Of a stretch of 64,000 nt of DNA, positions 47,866-58,476 are shown in pieces. The notes under the pieces are model-generated. The model did no database searches, had not been told where the DNA came from, and was given only the letters and a program-made list of their open reading frames with translations. A program made the translations under genes and the position numbers. The stretch lies in assembly GCA_947165135.1 (NCBI GenBank), contig CAMUZE010000004.1:11694-75693 (forward strand), written 5' to 3'. The DNA is from an uncultured Clostridia bacterium (GTDB taxonomy: Bacteria; Bacillota_I; Bacilli_A; RF39; UBA660). Within the stretch, counting starts at the first letter, position 1. Each line of letters begins with the position of its first letter.

Positions 47866-49281
47866 CTAGTCTTCTTTAATATATTCTCCATCCAATGAAA
47901 AACTCTTAGCATCAGTTATTTTAACGTTAACTATTTTTCCAATTAATGATTTTGGTCCAATAATATTTACTAGTTTCATATTTTCAGTATATCCACATAC
48001 TTTATTTTTATCCTTTTCACTTGGTGATATTACTAAACATTTAACTATTTTATTAAGCATTCTTTGATTAGCCTCATTACTATATTTATTAACTACTTCA
48101 TTTAATCTATGAAGTCTATCCATTTTAACTTCTTCACTTACTGTTTCTTTCATTAATGCTGCTGGAGTATTTTCGCGAGGGCTAAATGCAAATGTAAATG
48201 CTCCATCAAACTTACATTCATTTACTAATTTTAACGTTTCTTCAAAGTCTTCTTCTGTTTCGCCAGGGAAACCTACGATAATATCAGTTGTTACACTTGA
48301 ATCTTTTACTTTTGAACGAATTAAATTATATAGTTTTAAATATTCTTCACTAGTATATCTTCTATTCATTAATTTTAATATTTTATTACTTCCTGATTGA
48401 AGTGGTAAGTGAATATATGGCATTACATTATCTCTATTTGCAATAACATCAACCATTTCTTCTGTAAAATCCCATGGATGAGAAGTTACAAATCTTAATC
48501 TTTCAATACCAGTATCAGCAACATCAGAAAGTAAATTTGCAAGTGTATAATCTTTATATAAATCTTTTCCATAAGCGTTTACATTTTGACCAAGTAAAGT
48601 TACTTCTTTATATCCATTTTTAACTAACTCTTTAACTTCATTCACTATATCTTCATGATGTCTACTCCTTTGTGTCCCTCTAGTATATGGTACTATACAA
48701 TAAGTACAGAACTTATCACATCCATAAATTATATCTACCCAAGCACTATATTTACTATCTCTTGAAACTGGTACATTTTCAACAACGTCCCCCTCATAGC
48801 TAAGAACTTCTATTTGTCTTTTCTTTGTATCAATTTTTTCTTTAATTATAGAAAGCAAATTATCTAAGTTATGAGTTCCACATACAAAATCCACTTGTTT
48901 ATATTTATTTAATATGTTATCTATAACAACTTCTTCTTGTGCCATACATCCACATATTCCAATAAGTAAATCTTTTTTACTTTTCTTCATATGTTTTAAA
49001 ACACCTAAATAACCAAAGACCTTATCATGAGCATTTTCTCTAATAGCACAAGTATTTAATATTATTATATCTGCATCATTAATATCATCTGCATTTTCAA
49101 ATCCCACACTTAAAAGCATACCTCTTATTTTTTCAGAGTCATGCTCATTCATTTGACAACCATAAGTTCTAACATAGAATTTTTTACCTTTTCCAAAACT
49201 TTCTAAATTATTATTATAGTTAGTATATTCTACTTTGCTTTGATTTCTTTTTTTAGCTTCTAACATATTAGGTGTTCTCAT
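47866..49281 (-). CDS. miaB: tRNA-i6A37 methylthiotransferase MiaB
   Basis: It has the UPF0004 N-domain TYGCQMNEHDSE, the radical SAM motif CDKFCTYCIVP and a TRAM C-terminus. Confidence 0.9.
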   Translation of the reverse strand: MRTPNMLEAKKRNQSKVEYTNYNNNLESFGKGKKFYVRTYGCQMNEHDSEKIRGMLLSVGFENADDINDADIIILNTCAIRENAHDKVFGYLGVLKHMKKSKKDLLIGICGCMAQEEVVIDNILNKYKQVDFVCGTHNLDNLLSIIKEKIDTKKRQIEVLSYEGDVVENVPVSRDSKYSAWVDIIYGCDKFCTYCIVPYTRGTQRSRHHEDIVNEVKELVKNGYKEVTLLGQNVNAYGKDLYKDYTLANLLSDVADTGIERLRFVTSHPWDFTEEMVDVIANRDNVMPYIHLPLQSGSNKILKLMNRRYTSEEYLKLYNLIRSKVKDSSVTTDIIVGFPGETEEDFEETLKLVNECKFDGAFTFAFSPRENTPAALMKETVSEEVKMDRLHRLNEVVNKYSNEANQRMLNKIVKCLVISPSEKDKNKVCGYTENMKLVNIIGPKSLIGKIVNVKITDAKSFSLDGEYIKED

Positions 49282-49332
49282 ACCTCATCACTCCGAGACA
49301 TATTATATCAAAAAAAAGAGTTTAATAATATA

Positions 49333-50511
49333 TTAAACCCATTTTATCTTTATTTTTTTAAATTTTAATAAAGCAATAAAAGTAATAAATACTAGTATTA
49401 ATGTTATATAGAATATTCTAAATACTATCCCAAATATATTAACTTTTAATGATCCATCATATTTAATATCTATTTCATTTAATAATTTTTCACCTTTATA
49501 TATTTTAACTGTTCCTAAAAATTTATCTTTTTTATCAAAAGCAGATATCTCATCTATTCCTGAATAATTATATATAAGACCATCTTTGTCAAAACTATTC
49601 TCTAAGTAATAATAATATGTTTTATCTACTTTAATAATGTATGTTTTATTTTTTGAATATTTCGTTTTAATAGTAGTGATTATATCTTCTTCATTTATTA
49701 TATCTTTTAATGAATAATTTTCATCATAATATTTATATGCCTCTATTGTTTCATTTATATATGTTGCATCTTTATTATAATTATTAAGTGTTACCATTAA
49801 TAAATGAGCACCATTTACATCAGAAATTGAAGCAAGGCATCTACCTGCTTTAGAAGTATAACCTGTTTTTGATCCAATTATATATTTATTATCGTATTTT
49901 GATACAGTTGCTTTAACAGTTTTACCGCTTGTTAATGTATAACTTTTTGTAGTAAATATTTCTTTAAATTTTTTGTTATTTAAAGCATACTCTAATAACT
50001 TAGAAATATCATAAGCACTACTATAATTATCTTCATCAGTAAGACCTATTACATTTGAATAATGAGTATTATTAAGACTTAATTCTATTGCTTTATCATT
50101 CATAAGTTTTAGATATTTATCATAGCTACCACTTATTGATATAGCAAGAGCATTCACTGCATCTGCTGCACTTGGGAGAATTGCTGCATATAAAAGATCA
50201 TTGTAAGTATATGTTTCACCCACCTTAAAACCCACTTTTGCTATATCCCATGTAAGGCCATCTAACATTTCTTTTTTAATTGTTACTTTTTTATTAAAAT
50301 CTTCTATATTCTCTATTGCAACAATAGTAGTCATTATTTTAGTTAAACTTGCTATTTGAGTTTTATCATTAGAATTATGTTCTTCTAAAATAGCATTATT
50401 ATCTAAATTATATAGAATGTATTTTTCACTACTTAATTTCAAATCAGATGCATTTACACTGAACATAAACAAAAAAAAGAAAATAGTTATACTACTTAGT
50501 TTTTTTAGCAT
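49333..50511 (-). CDS. D-alanyl-D-alanine carboxypeptidase (peptidase S11), second copy, with C-terminal TM
   Basis: It has a signal peptide, the SxxK motif ASLTKIMT, the KTG motif SKTGYT and a C-terminal hydrophobic helix. Confidence 0.75.
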   Translation of the reverse strand: MLKKLSSITIFFFLFMFSVNASDLKLSSEKYILYNLDNNAILEEHNSNDKTQIASLTKIMTTIVAIENIEDFNKKVTIKKEMLDGLTWDIAKVGFKVGETYTYNDLLYAAILPSAADAVNALAISISGSYDKYLKLMNDKAIELSLNNTHYSNVIGLTDEDNYSSAYDISKLLEYALNNKKFKEIFTTKSYTLTSGKTVKATVSKYDNKYIIGSKTGYTSKAGRCLASISDVNGAHLLMVTLNNYNKDATYINETIEAYKYYDENYSLKDIINEEDIITTIKTKYSKNKTYIIKVDKTYYYYLENSFDKDGLIYNYSGIDEISAFDKKDKFLGTVKIYKGEKLLNEIDIKYDGSLKVNIFGIVFRIFYITLILVFITFIALLKFKKIKIKWV

Positions 50512-50926
50512 ATTTTTTCTTTTCCTTCATCATAAATTCTGTAATACTTGTCTCTATTGCTATAGCGCCATCTGGAGATAAATTTGATATATATATATTT
50601 TCTTTTATTGTATCTATTTCTACATCACTCCATATAAGTCCTTTTCTTACCTTTAAGTCATTATACATATCAGGAGTTACTGCAGTAAAAAAATATCCCC
50701 AAAATAATCTCTTTTGTCCAATCATTATTCTTTTGTTTGTTAAAGCAACTACGCATGAATTAACAAACATTAATGATGGAACATTCTTTTGACCACAAAA
50801 AGCAAATAAAACTCTTTCATTTGGATTTAAATGCTTTTCAACTATTTCAGCATGCTTTTTTAATCTAAATGCAACTGTTCCTGGATATTTTCTTTTGAAA
50901 TCTTTTACTATATTATAAACGCCCAT
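50492..50926 (-). CDS. Bacterial PH-domain (YokE-like) protein
   Basis: 144 aa. LNPNERVLFAFCGQ...VVALTNKRIMIGQK fits the bacterial PH-domain pattern. It overlaps the next gene by 20 nt. Confidence 0.45.
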   Translation of the reverse strand: MGVYNIVKDFKRKYPGTVAFRLKKHAEIVEKHLNPNERVLFAFCGQKNVPSLMFVNSCVVALTNKRIMIGQKRLFWGYFFTAVTPDMYNDLKVRKGLIWSDVEIDTIKENIYISNLSPDGAIAIETSITEFMMKEKKKYAKKTK

Positions 50927-50977
50927 ATTATCACGTCCTTATATGATTATTTTACATTAAAAAATATTAAAACTCAA

Positions 50978-51526
50978 TTAAATATTATTAATTATATTTT
51001 TAATTATGCTATTAATTGACTCAATTACAAAATTATAATTATTTCTATTAAATTCATCTATTATTTCTTTTGTATCTGCTTTTATTCTAGCTGCCACATC
51101 TAAATTAAGATTATAATTATCATATACAAAAACCATTGAGTTCATTATCTCAAGAAAATTATTCATAATACTTGGAGGTACAACTGTTTTATTTTTAGAA
51201 GATATTCTTTTTACAAACATCATAGTGGCTTGTTTTATAACTTTTGTATCTTCATTTTTTTCAACATAACTAAAAATAATAGATTCATAATTTTTAAGCA
51301 TACGCACATATTTATATATAACACTACTATTAATTTCATATAAGCTATTAACTAAATTTTCTTCTATATTTTTATTAATTATTTTTCTATTAACAGGTAT
51401 TTTATATTTTTCAAATATATGTACTAATCTTAAATTTAATCTATTTTGATAAGCTGCAAACAAAAAATTATTATCTTTGATAATATCATCTGCATTAGTT
51501 TCAATTTTGTTTCCTATACTATTCAT
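50978..51526 (-). CDS. Hypothetical cytoplasmic protein
   Basis: 182 aa, predicted helical. I recognise no motif. Confidence 0.35.
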   Translation of the reverse strand: MNSIGNKIETNADDIIKDNNFLFAAYQNRLNLRLVHIFEKYKIPVNRKIINKNIEENLVNSLYEINSSVIYKYVRMLKNYESIIFSYVEKNEDTKVIKQATMMFVKRISSKNKTVVPPSIMNNFLEIMNSMVFVYDNYNLNLDVAARIKADTKEIIDEFNRNNYNFVIESINSIIKNIINNI

Positions 51527-51610
51527 ATTATTATTTTATCAAATATATTTGATAGGTGTAAATCAGATACAAAGATTTTACATACATTTTACTGCAAATA
51601 AAAAGCGATT

Positions 51611-54600
51611 TTACTCGCTTCTTAATGCCTCTACTGGATCTTTCTTTGCTGCTTTTCTTGATGGTATTAATCCACCAATCAATGTAAGTACTATACTTAA
51701 AATTATTAATATAATTGATGCCATAATAGATATAGTAGCATTTATATTCATATTATCTGTATATTTATGAATTACAAAATTAATTATAGGTATTAATGAT
51801 ATTGTTATACCGATTCCAATAACGCCCGAAAGTAGTCCAATAATAAATGTCTCTGCATTAAATATCGAAGATATATTTCTTTTTGATGCTCCGATTGCTC
51901 TTAAAATACCAATTTCTTTTGTTCTTTCAATTACAGAAATATAAGTAATAATACCAATCATTATTGATGAAACAATTAATGATATAGAAACAAATGCTAT
52001 TAAGACATAACTAACACTATTAACTATCTTTTTAACTGAACCCATAAGTATACCAGTTGTATCTGTATAATTAATTACTTTATCTTCTGATTCGCTTTTC
52101 TCCATTTTTTTGTTATATTTATCTATAAAATCAATTACATTTTCTTTTGAATCAAAACTCTTAAAATAAAATGCTATAGAACTAGGTTCATCTATATCTT
52201 GGTATCCAAGTGTTACTAAGTTAGCATTGGCATTTCCGCCACTACTTTTTGTCATTGCACTCATTATACGTTTAAGTTCATCTTCAGATAAATCAAATTT
52301 AAATGCAGATGCTATCTTAGCAGGATCAACATTAAATGCACTTCCCAAACTACTCATTAATTTTCCAGATAATTCACCAACTTTAGTTAATATATCTTTT
52401 TGCATTACTGCTTCAGTCATTTTTTCTGCCATTTTAGAAGAAGAAGTTTGAACTATTGCTTGTTTTATAAAACTATTTACTGTTGCTTCTACTATAGCAT
52501 TCATAATTAGTGCCCCAGGATTTGATTCATCCTTTGTATAAGTTTTATCTTTAGTATTATAAACTGATATATATCCTTTTAACATTCCAGAAATTAAACT
52601 TGAATATGTGTTTTCAAATATATTAGAAGGCACTACATATTTATTTTCTAAATTAGATAAAATGTTAGTAACTTTATCACTCTTCATGTATTCATTTACA
52701 ATTGAATCAACATCATCATTATATATTATTGGAATATTATATTCAGATACTTCTTTTGGATTTTCAATATAATCATTCATTAAAGATGTTGCAATTTCTT
52801 TTAAATTATTATCAAAATCTTCTTTAGCAGGACTAGTATCAGCAGTAATAGATGAAGATATTTCATTCATATAATTAGATGTTGTATTTTTAATATCATT
52901 TTCATCTATTTTAATATTAAATGCACTTGATAATTTATCTTTATCTACTTTAATTAAATCTTCAAAATCTAGATTAGATTTATTTTCTTTACTATCGAAA
53001 TCTGTATTAGAAAATACATCTATTTTTTTATTATTTAATTGCTTTTTAACTATTTCAGTATTTTTAGAATTATCTATAATATATTTAGTTAAACTAGAAG
53101 TGTATGCTATACCTTGCTGAAGTGCCATTGATGCTCCTTCATTTTTAGGGCAAACTACTCCAACTACTTTTAACTTTATTGCTTTATCGTATAAGTTCTT
53201 CATATATGATTCGTCATCTGTCATATCTTCATATATTTTATATTTAGAATTATATTTATATATATCAGAATTATTAATAAGTCTTAAATCAACATCCATC
53301 AAATCACCATAAGTAAATTCAAATGGTTCATTATTAATATTCACTGACTCACCTTGCATCATTTTATTAACTATATCATTTAATTCTTCAGGATCTCTAA
53401 GTCCTAAATAATAAACTATCATATCTGCTACAGAATGAGGCTCCGATAATACAATTATTAATTCATCATAATTTTTAGGCCATGATCCAGCAAGTACATC
53501 AAAGTTTTCATTAAGCATATCAATATCATCACTCATCTGAGTATATATATTTGAATAATTAGAATAAATACTACTACTAAATGAAGAAAATAATGTACTC
53601 GGATTTAATTTAACTAATTTTTTATTATATTTTGAATAAATAATTGGACTTACACTATATCCATATTGAACTGAGGTAATATCATCTTCAACTGTTTTAT
53701 AATTATTTTCTAAATATTTTTTAAAATTCTTTAAATCATTTTTACTTACATTACCAAACATAGAAGAAACAAATTGTTTTTCATATACTTTATCATCTTC
53801 AATTCCATCATCTTCTTGTTTTCCCATCATAGATAATAACATTTGAGTCATGTCAGCATTATCTTCATATATAGTTAATGGATATGAAGATAAAGTATCT
53901 TCTTGAAGTTTATCTATATAATTTTGAAAACCAGTAGATAATGATAATATTAAAGCAATACCAATTATTCCAATTGAACCTGCTAAAGAAACTAAAACAG
54001 TTCTTCCTTTTTTAGTCATTAAATTATTAAATGAAAGAGATAAAGCAGTTAAAAATGACATGGTTGTTTTACTAGTTTTCCCACCTTCTTTTTCTTTAAA
54101 AGAAGTATTAAAAGGGTTAGTATCTGAAGTAATCTTACCATCTTTTAATGTAATTATTCTATTAGAATATTCATTAGCTAAATCAGGATTATGTGTTACC
54201 ATTATAACTAGTTTATTAGATGCTATTTTCTTTAACAAATTCATTATTTGAATACTAGTCTCAGAATCAAGTGCACCAGTTGGCTCATCAGCAAGTAAAA
54301 TATCCGGATTATTTACAAGAGCTCTTGCTATTGCAACTCTTTGCATTTGTCCTCCAGATAATTGATTAGGTTTTTTATTCATGTGTGCTTCAAGACCAAC
54401 TTCTTTTAATGATTTTTTTGCTCTCGTAATTGCTTCTTTTTTAGATATTCCAGATAATTTCAAAGCAAGCACTACATTTTGTAGTACACTTTGATGTGTT
54501 ATTAAATTATAATTTTGAAATACAAAACCTATTCTATGATTTCTATAACTATCCCAATCAGAATCTTTATATTTCTTTGTAGATATTCCATTTATAATTA

Positions 54601-54784
54601 AATCTCCATTTGTATATTTATCAAGACCACCAATTATATTTAAAAGAGTTGTTTTACCACTTCCAGAGGGACCTAAAATAGATGCAAATTCATTTTCTCT
54701 AAAACTTACATTTACATCATTAAGAGCTTTTTGCTTTAAATCTGCTGTTTTATATACTTTAGTTATATGCTTAAGTTCTAACAT
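51611..54784 (-). CDS. Fused ABC transporter ATPase-permease, MacB/FtsX type, with a very large extracytoplasmic domain
   Basis: The N-terminal NBD has GPSGSGKTT, LSGGQMQRVAIARAL and LLADEPTGALD. TM1 is at about aa 260-290, followed by a loop of about 640 aa and then an FtsX 3-TM bundle (ERTKEIGILRAIGAS). The start MLELKH at 54784 is preceded by AAGGGGGA. Confidence 0.85.
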   Translation of the reverse strand: MLELKHITKVYKTADLKQKALNDVNVSFRENEFASILGPSGSGKTTLLNIIGGLDKYTNGDLIINGISTKKYKDSDWDSYRNHRIGFVFQNYNLITHQSVLQNVVLALKLSGISKKEAITRAKKSLKEVGLEAHMNKKPNQLSGGQMQRVAIARALVNNPDILLADEPTGALDSETSIQIMNLLKKIASNKLVIMVTHNPDLANEYSNRIITLKDGKITSDTNPFNTSFKEKEGGKTSKTTMSFLTALSLSFNNLMTKKGRTVLVSLAGSIGIIGIALILSLSTGFQNYIDKLQEDTLSSYPLTIYEDNADMTQMLLSMMGKQEDDGIEDDKVYEKQFVSSMFGNVSKNDLKNFKKYLENNYKTVEDDITSVQYGYSVSPIIYSKYNKKLVKLNPSTLFSSFSSSIYSNYSNIYTQMSDDIDMLNENFDVLAGSWPKNYDELIIVLSEPHSVADMIVYYLGLRDPEELNDIVNKMMQGESVNINNEPFEFTYGDLMDVDLRLINNSDIYKYNSKYKIYEDMTDDESYMKNLYDKAIKLKVVGVVCPKNEGASMALQQGIAYTSSLTKYIIDNSKNTEIVKKQLNNKKIDVFSNTDFDSKENKSNLDFEDLIKVDKDKLSSAFNIKIDENDIKNTTSNYMNEISSSITADTSPAKEDFDNNLKEIATSLMNDYIENPKEVSEYNIPIIYNDDVDSIVNEYMKSDKVTNILSNLENKYVVPSNIFENTYSSLISGMLKGYISVYNTKDKTYTKDESNPGALIMNAIVEATVNSFIKQAIVQTSSSKMAEKMTEAVMQKDILTKVGELSGKLMSSLGSAFNVDPAKIASAFKFDLSEDELKRIMSAMTKSSGGNANANLVTLGYQDIDEPSSIAFYFKSFDSKENVIDFIDKYNKKMEKSESEDKVINYTDTTGILMGSVKKIVNSVSYVLIAFVSISLIVSSIMIGIITYISVIERTKEIGILRAIGASKRNISSIFNAETFIIGLLSGVIGIGITISLIPIINFVIHKYTDNMNINATISIMASIILIILSIVLTLIGGLIPSRKAAKKDPVEALRSE

Positions 54785-54827
54785 AATTATCCCCCTTTCA
54801 ATTAAGTACATTGTATTTTAACACAAA

Positions 54828-55730
54828 TTATTCTTTTTTTCCATCTTTTTCTATAAAATCTAATACATCATTATATATTAATTCTTTATTAGTTTCAAAC
54901 ATTAATGCATGTCTCATTCCATCATATAATTTATACTCTATATTAGAATAACCAATATTTTTTAAATAATTAATACTTTTTAAATATAATTTTTCATTTT
55001 TAATAACTGGATCATCACTACCAGCAATAAATAAAATTGGTAAATCTTTATTTTTCAATATCCAACCATTTTTAGAATACACATCATTTAACATACTAGT
55101 TAAATTAATAAATCCATTTGTAGTAAATACAAAAGAACAATATTTATCATTAACATATTCATTAACATATTCTTTATCTGTTGATAACCAATCTTTATTA
55201 TCAATAGGCAATCCAGATAAACTATTTAAAAAGTTACTTCTATATTTTTCTCCTCTAATCTTGCTATATAGTTTTGATAGGAAGATTCCAAATTTGGCAA
55301 GAGGATTTATACTAGGTGATCCACATACTATTAATTTGCTAATTTTATAATCATATTTTTTAATATATTTACGTACTACCAAGGAGCCCATACTGTGTCC
55401 AAATAAAATTAATTCTTTATTTGGGAATCTATTTTTAACATATTCTGATATTTGATGTAAATCTTCAACTATATATTCTCCTTTTTCATCATTCATGTAA
55501 CCTAAATCATCATCACTTATAACACTTTTACCATGTCCTCTATGATCATTAATAATTGTTACATAACCTTTTTTAGTAAAGAATTTCATAAAGTCATAAT
55601 AATATTCTTTATGTTCAACCATACCATGAGAAAATTGAATTATTCCTTTAACTTTTTTAGGAATAAACATCATCACGTCAATATTTAATTCATCACACTT
55701 TGATTTTAGTTTAAAGTTTTCTTCTTTCAT
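54828..55730 (-). CDS. Alpha/beta hydrolase (lysophospholipase/monoacylglycerol-lipase-like)
   Basis: It has HGMVEH, DHRGHGKS, the nucleophile elbow GHSMGS and a late D...H pair. Confidence 0.75.
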   Translation of the reverse strand: MKEENFKLKSKCDELNIDVMMFIPKKVKGIIQFSHGMVEHKEYYYDFMKFFTKKGYVTIINDHRGHGKSVISDDDLGYMNDEKGEYIVEDLHQISEYVKNRFPNKELILFGHSMGSLVVRKYIKKYDYKISKLIVCGSPSINPLAKFGIFLSKLYSKIRGEKYRSNFLNSLSGLPIDNKDWLSTDKEYVNEYVNDKYCSFVFTTNGFINLTSMLNDVYSKNGWILKNKDLPILFIAGSDDPVIKNEKLYLKSINYLKNIGYSNIEYKLYDGMRHALMFETNKELIYNDVLDFIEKDGKKE

Positions 55731-55784
55731 ACATGTCACCCATAAAATATTATACAAAAAAAGAATAAACATTCAAGTTTATTC

Positions 55785-57512
55785 TTATCTAGTAATAACA
55801 AGATATTCTTCATATGTAACATTCATTTCATATAATTTTGTTGCCACTTCTTCTCCAAAATATCTAAAATGCCATGGTTCAAATTTATAACCTGTTATAA
55901 ATTGTTTACCTTTCATATATCTTTCAATAAATCCATATTTATATGAATTTGCTTTAAGCCATGCATATTCTTTAGTATTTTCAAAATGTCTTGATGATGA
56001 CGCGGTATTAATATCAACTGCAAGTCCAGTACTATGTTCAGAATGCCCTGGTCTTGCAGAATATGTATCTGCTTTTTTAACGCCATCATTTTTTACATAT
56101 CTATTATATATTATTTTTTGTGTTGAATAACTTCTATAAGCAGAAACACTCCATAATTTAATTCCATCTTTTTTAGCATCATCAACCATTTTTCTAAAAT
56201 GTTGTGCAGCCTCTTTATTGAGTGAGCCATTTCCATATCCGCTACCTAATTTTTCCAAATTAGCATTATAATTTTTATCATGATAATTATATTTATTAAC
56301 TAAAATTAACTTACCATCACTAACATTTGCTTTTTTCATATGAGTATAAAAATCATAATCTATTCCTATTTCAACGTATAAAACAACCTCTAATGCATTA
56401 TAATTGTTTTTATTATAATAATTCTGATATCTATCTATATTAGATGTTACAAAATAAGGTGATAATTTAAATTCTAATAAATTGTTATATTTTTTATTAA
56501 GTAAATATTTCTTAATTTCATCTAATTTAAATTCATTAATTATATTGTTGATATTATCAATATCATAGCCAATTAAATTTAAGTCTTTTTTATATTTATT
56601 TTCCATAGATGAAATATTTTCTCCATATTCACCATTATATTTTTCTAATGCATATTCTACTTCTTCTAAAGTAAACATATCATAATCAATAAGTTGCTTT
56701 TTTAATTCTTCTTTAGAGAAATCAAACAATTTCATATAATTAATTAAATTTAAATAAGCATTATTTTTAAAATCAATATTTAGATAATTAATTACAAACT
56801 CTTCAGTTTTATTATCATAATTCAACCTAGATAATAATTCCTTCTTAGAATAATTAAATGTTTCTAAATAATTCTTAGCATCATTTATTGCATTAATTTG
56901 AGTATTTGTTAATGTTTTAGCACTTATTACATTAGAGAAACCACCATATACTTTTTTCCCATTTACTTTTTTATATGCTCTTACTTTATAATAATATGTT
57001 TTATTAGTTTTTAATTTAGTATTGTTAAATGATAATGTATTAGACTTATTAATTGTTTTAACTTTAGACCATTTTTTACTATTAGTGCTTCTATAAACTT
57101 CATATCCAGTAACACCAACTTTATCCCAAGATATTTTAATATTATTTTTTCCTAAACCACTTATTTTTAAATTTTCTACTTTATTTGGTACTACTTTTTT
57201 AGAAACAATATTAGATGTAGTACTTTTAATTTCATTATATGAAATAACTTTATAATAATATGTTTTTCCGTATGTAAGATTATTATTTATATAACTGTTC
57301 TCTGTTATATCTACTATTTGACTAAATTTTCCTTTTTTAGATGTACTTCTAAGTATTTTATAACCATTTACATTTTCATTATTATCCCATACTAAAGTTA
57401 AACTATTATTATTAGATTTTTGGACTTTTAAATTAGTTATATCTAATTCACTAGCTTCTACTTTAACTATAATTATTATTAATAAAAATAATATGATTAA
57501 TTTTTTCTTCAT
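55785..57512 (-). CDS. Secreted protein with two FN3-like domains and a C-terminal VanY/M15B carboxypeptidase domain
   Basis: It has a signal peptide and FN3 patterns (LTLVWDNNENVNGYKILRS, IKISWDKVGVTGYEVYRS). The C-terminus has SAYRSYSTQ, ARPGHSEHSTGLAVD and EPWHFRYFG. Confidence 0.8.
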   Translation of the reverse strand: MKKKLIILFLLIIIIVKVEASELDITNLKVQKSNNNSLTLVWDNNENVNGYKILRSTSKKGKFSQIVDITENSYINNNLTYGKTYYYKVISYNEIKSTTSNIVSKKVVPNKVENLKISGLGKNNIKISWDKVGVTGYEVYRSTNSKKWSKVKTINKSNTLSFNNTKLKTNKTYYYKVRAYKKVNGKKVYGGFSNVISAKTLTNTQINAINDAKNYLETFNYSKKELLSRLNYDNKTEEFVINYLNIDFKNNAYLNLINYMKLFDFSKEELKKQLIDYDMFTLEEVEYALEKYNGEYGENISSMENKYKKDLNLIGYDIDNINNIINEFKLDEIKKYLLNKKYNNLLEFKLSPYFVTSNIDRYQNYYNKNNYNALEVVLYVEIGIDYDFYTHMKKANVSDGKLILVNKYNYHDKNYNANLEKLGSGYGNGSLNKEAAQHFRKMVDDAKKDGIKLWSVSAYRSYSTQKIIYNRYVKNDGVKKADTYSARPGHSEHSTGLAVDINTASSSRHFENTKEYAWLKANSYKYGFIERYMKGKQFITGYKFEPWHFRYFGEEVATKLYEMNVTYEEYLVITR

Positions 57513-57535
57513 TAGTACACCTCAAATAAATGTTA

Positions 57536-58009
57536 TCATAATTTAGATATAATATTCCATACTATATCAACTTTTTCTTTATTACCCTCAACTGATACCA
57601 CAAAGTTATTATTTGGCTCAATATATTCATCTAATTCAAATGTTACATCATCTTTATAATAAACTAATCTGTTTCGAATAAGAGTAATATCTTTTTTATA
57701 TTCTAAAAAATTTAATATTGATTCTGCATCTTTTATTATTTTAAACTCTAAAGCACCACTTTCTCTTCTTTCAATTAATGGGTCAACAGATAGTTTATCT
57801 TCTTTAAAATCTAAATATTTTTGTTCCTTATTACCCATTTTATTTATAGTTATTCTAGCTATTGTATTATTATTTTTTCTATAAATAATCCTAGTTTGAA
57901 AAATCTTATCTCTTAATTCATAATTATTGTTCTCACAATAATCAATATATTTATTAAGACTATCTACAACCATTGAATATTCATATTCTTTCATATTATT
58001 TAAGTTCAC
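57536..58009 (-). CDS. CYTH-like (triphosphate tunnel metalloenzyme fold) protein, tentative
   Basis: 157 aa. The N-terminus EYEYS is a degenerate ExExK. It also has ARITINK...YLDFKE, ERRESGALEF and VTFELDEY...FVVSVEG, which resemble CYTH strand motifs. The GTG start at 58009 has AGAGGAG 5 nt upstream. Confidence 0.4.
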   Translation of the reverse strand: MNLNNMKEYEYSMVVDSLNKYIDYCENNNYELRDKIFQTRIIYRKNNNTIARITINKMGNKEQKYLDFKEDKLSVDPLIERRESGALEFKIIKDAESILNFLEYKKDITLIRNRLVYYKDDVTFELDEYIEPNNNFVVSVEGNKEKVDIVWNIISKL

Positions 58010-58418
58010 AATACTCCTCTTTCAATGCTTTTCTTACCATATCTTTGGCATTTAAATTTTCATTATCTAAGTTATCTATATCTAAATATCTAACTTCATA
58101 ATAATTATTTTCATTCATTCTTTCAAGTTCTTCTCCACCAAGAATAGGCGTTCCTTTTACTCTTTTAGCATGGAAATAGTATTGAATAGTTTTTTCATCT
58201 TCACTTTTACCTAAATATCCTAATACTTCAATATCAATTCCCATTTCTTCATTTACTTCTCTTTTTACATTTTCATATAAATCTTCATCTTTTTCAAGTC
58301 CACCACCAGGTAATGAATAATATTCATGAGTAACACCATCTATAACTTTTCTTCTAAAAAATACCAGTAATTTATTGTCTTTAATGATAATTGCTCTTGA
58401 ACTGATTCTCTTATCCAT
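57996..58418 (-). CDS. NUDIX hydrolase
   Basis: The Nudix box is GGGLEKDEDLYENVKREVNEEMGI. Its stop overlaps the CYTH-like start by 14 nt. Confidence 0.85.
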   Translation of the reverse strand: MDKRISSRAIIIKDNKLLVFFRRKVIDGVTHEYYSLPGGGLEKDEDLYENVKREVNEEMGIDIEVLGYLGKSEDEKTIQYYFHAKRVKGTPILGGEELERMNENNYYEVRYLDIDNLDNENLNAKDMVRKALKEEYCELK

Positions 58419-58476
58419 AATAGTCACGCTCCTTTATATATATTATCATATTTTTATATCAAAAAACGAGTAAATA

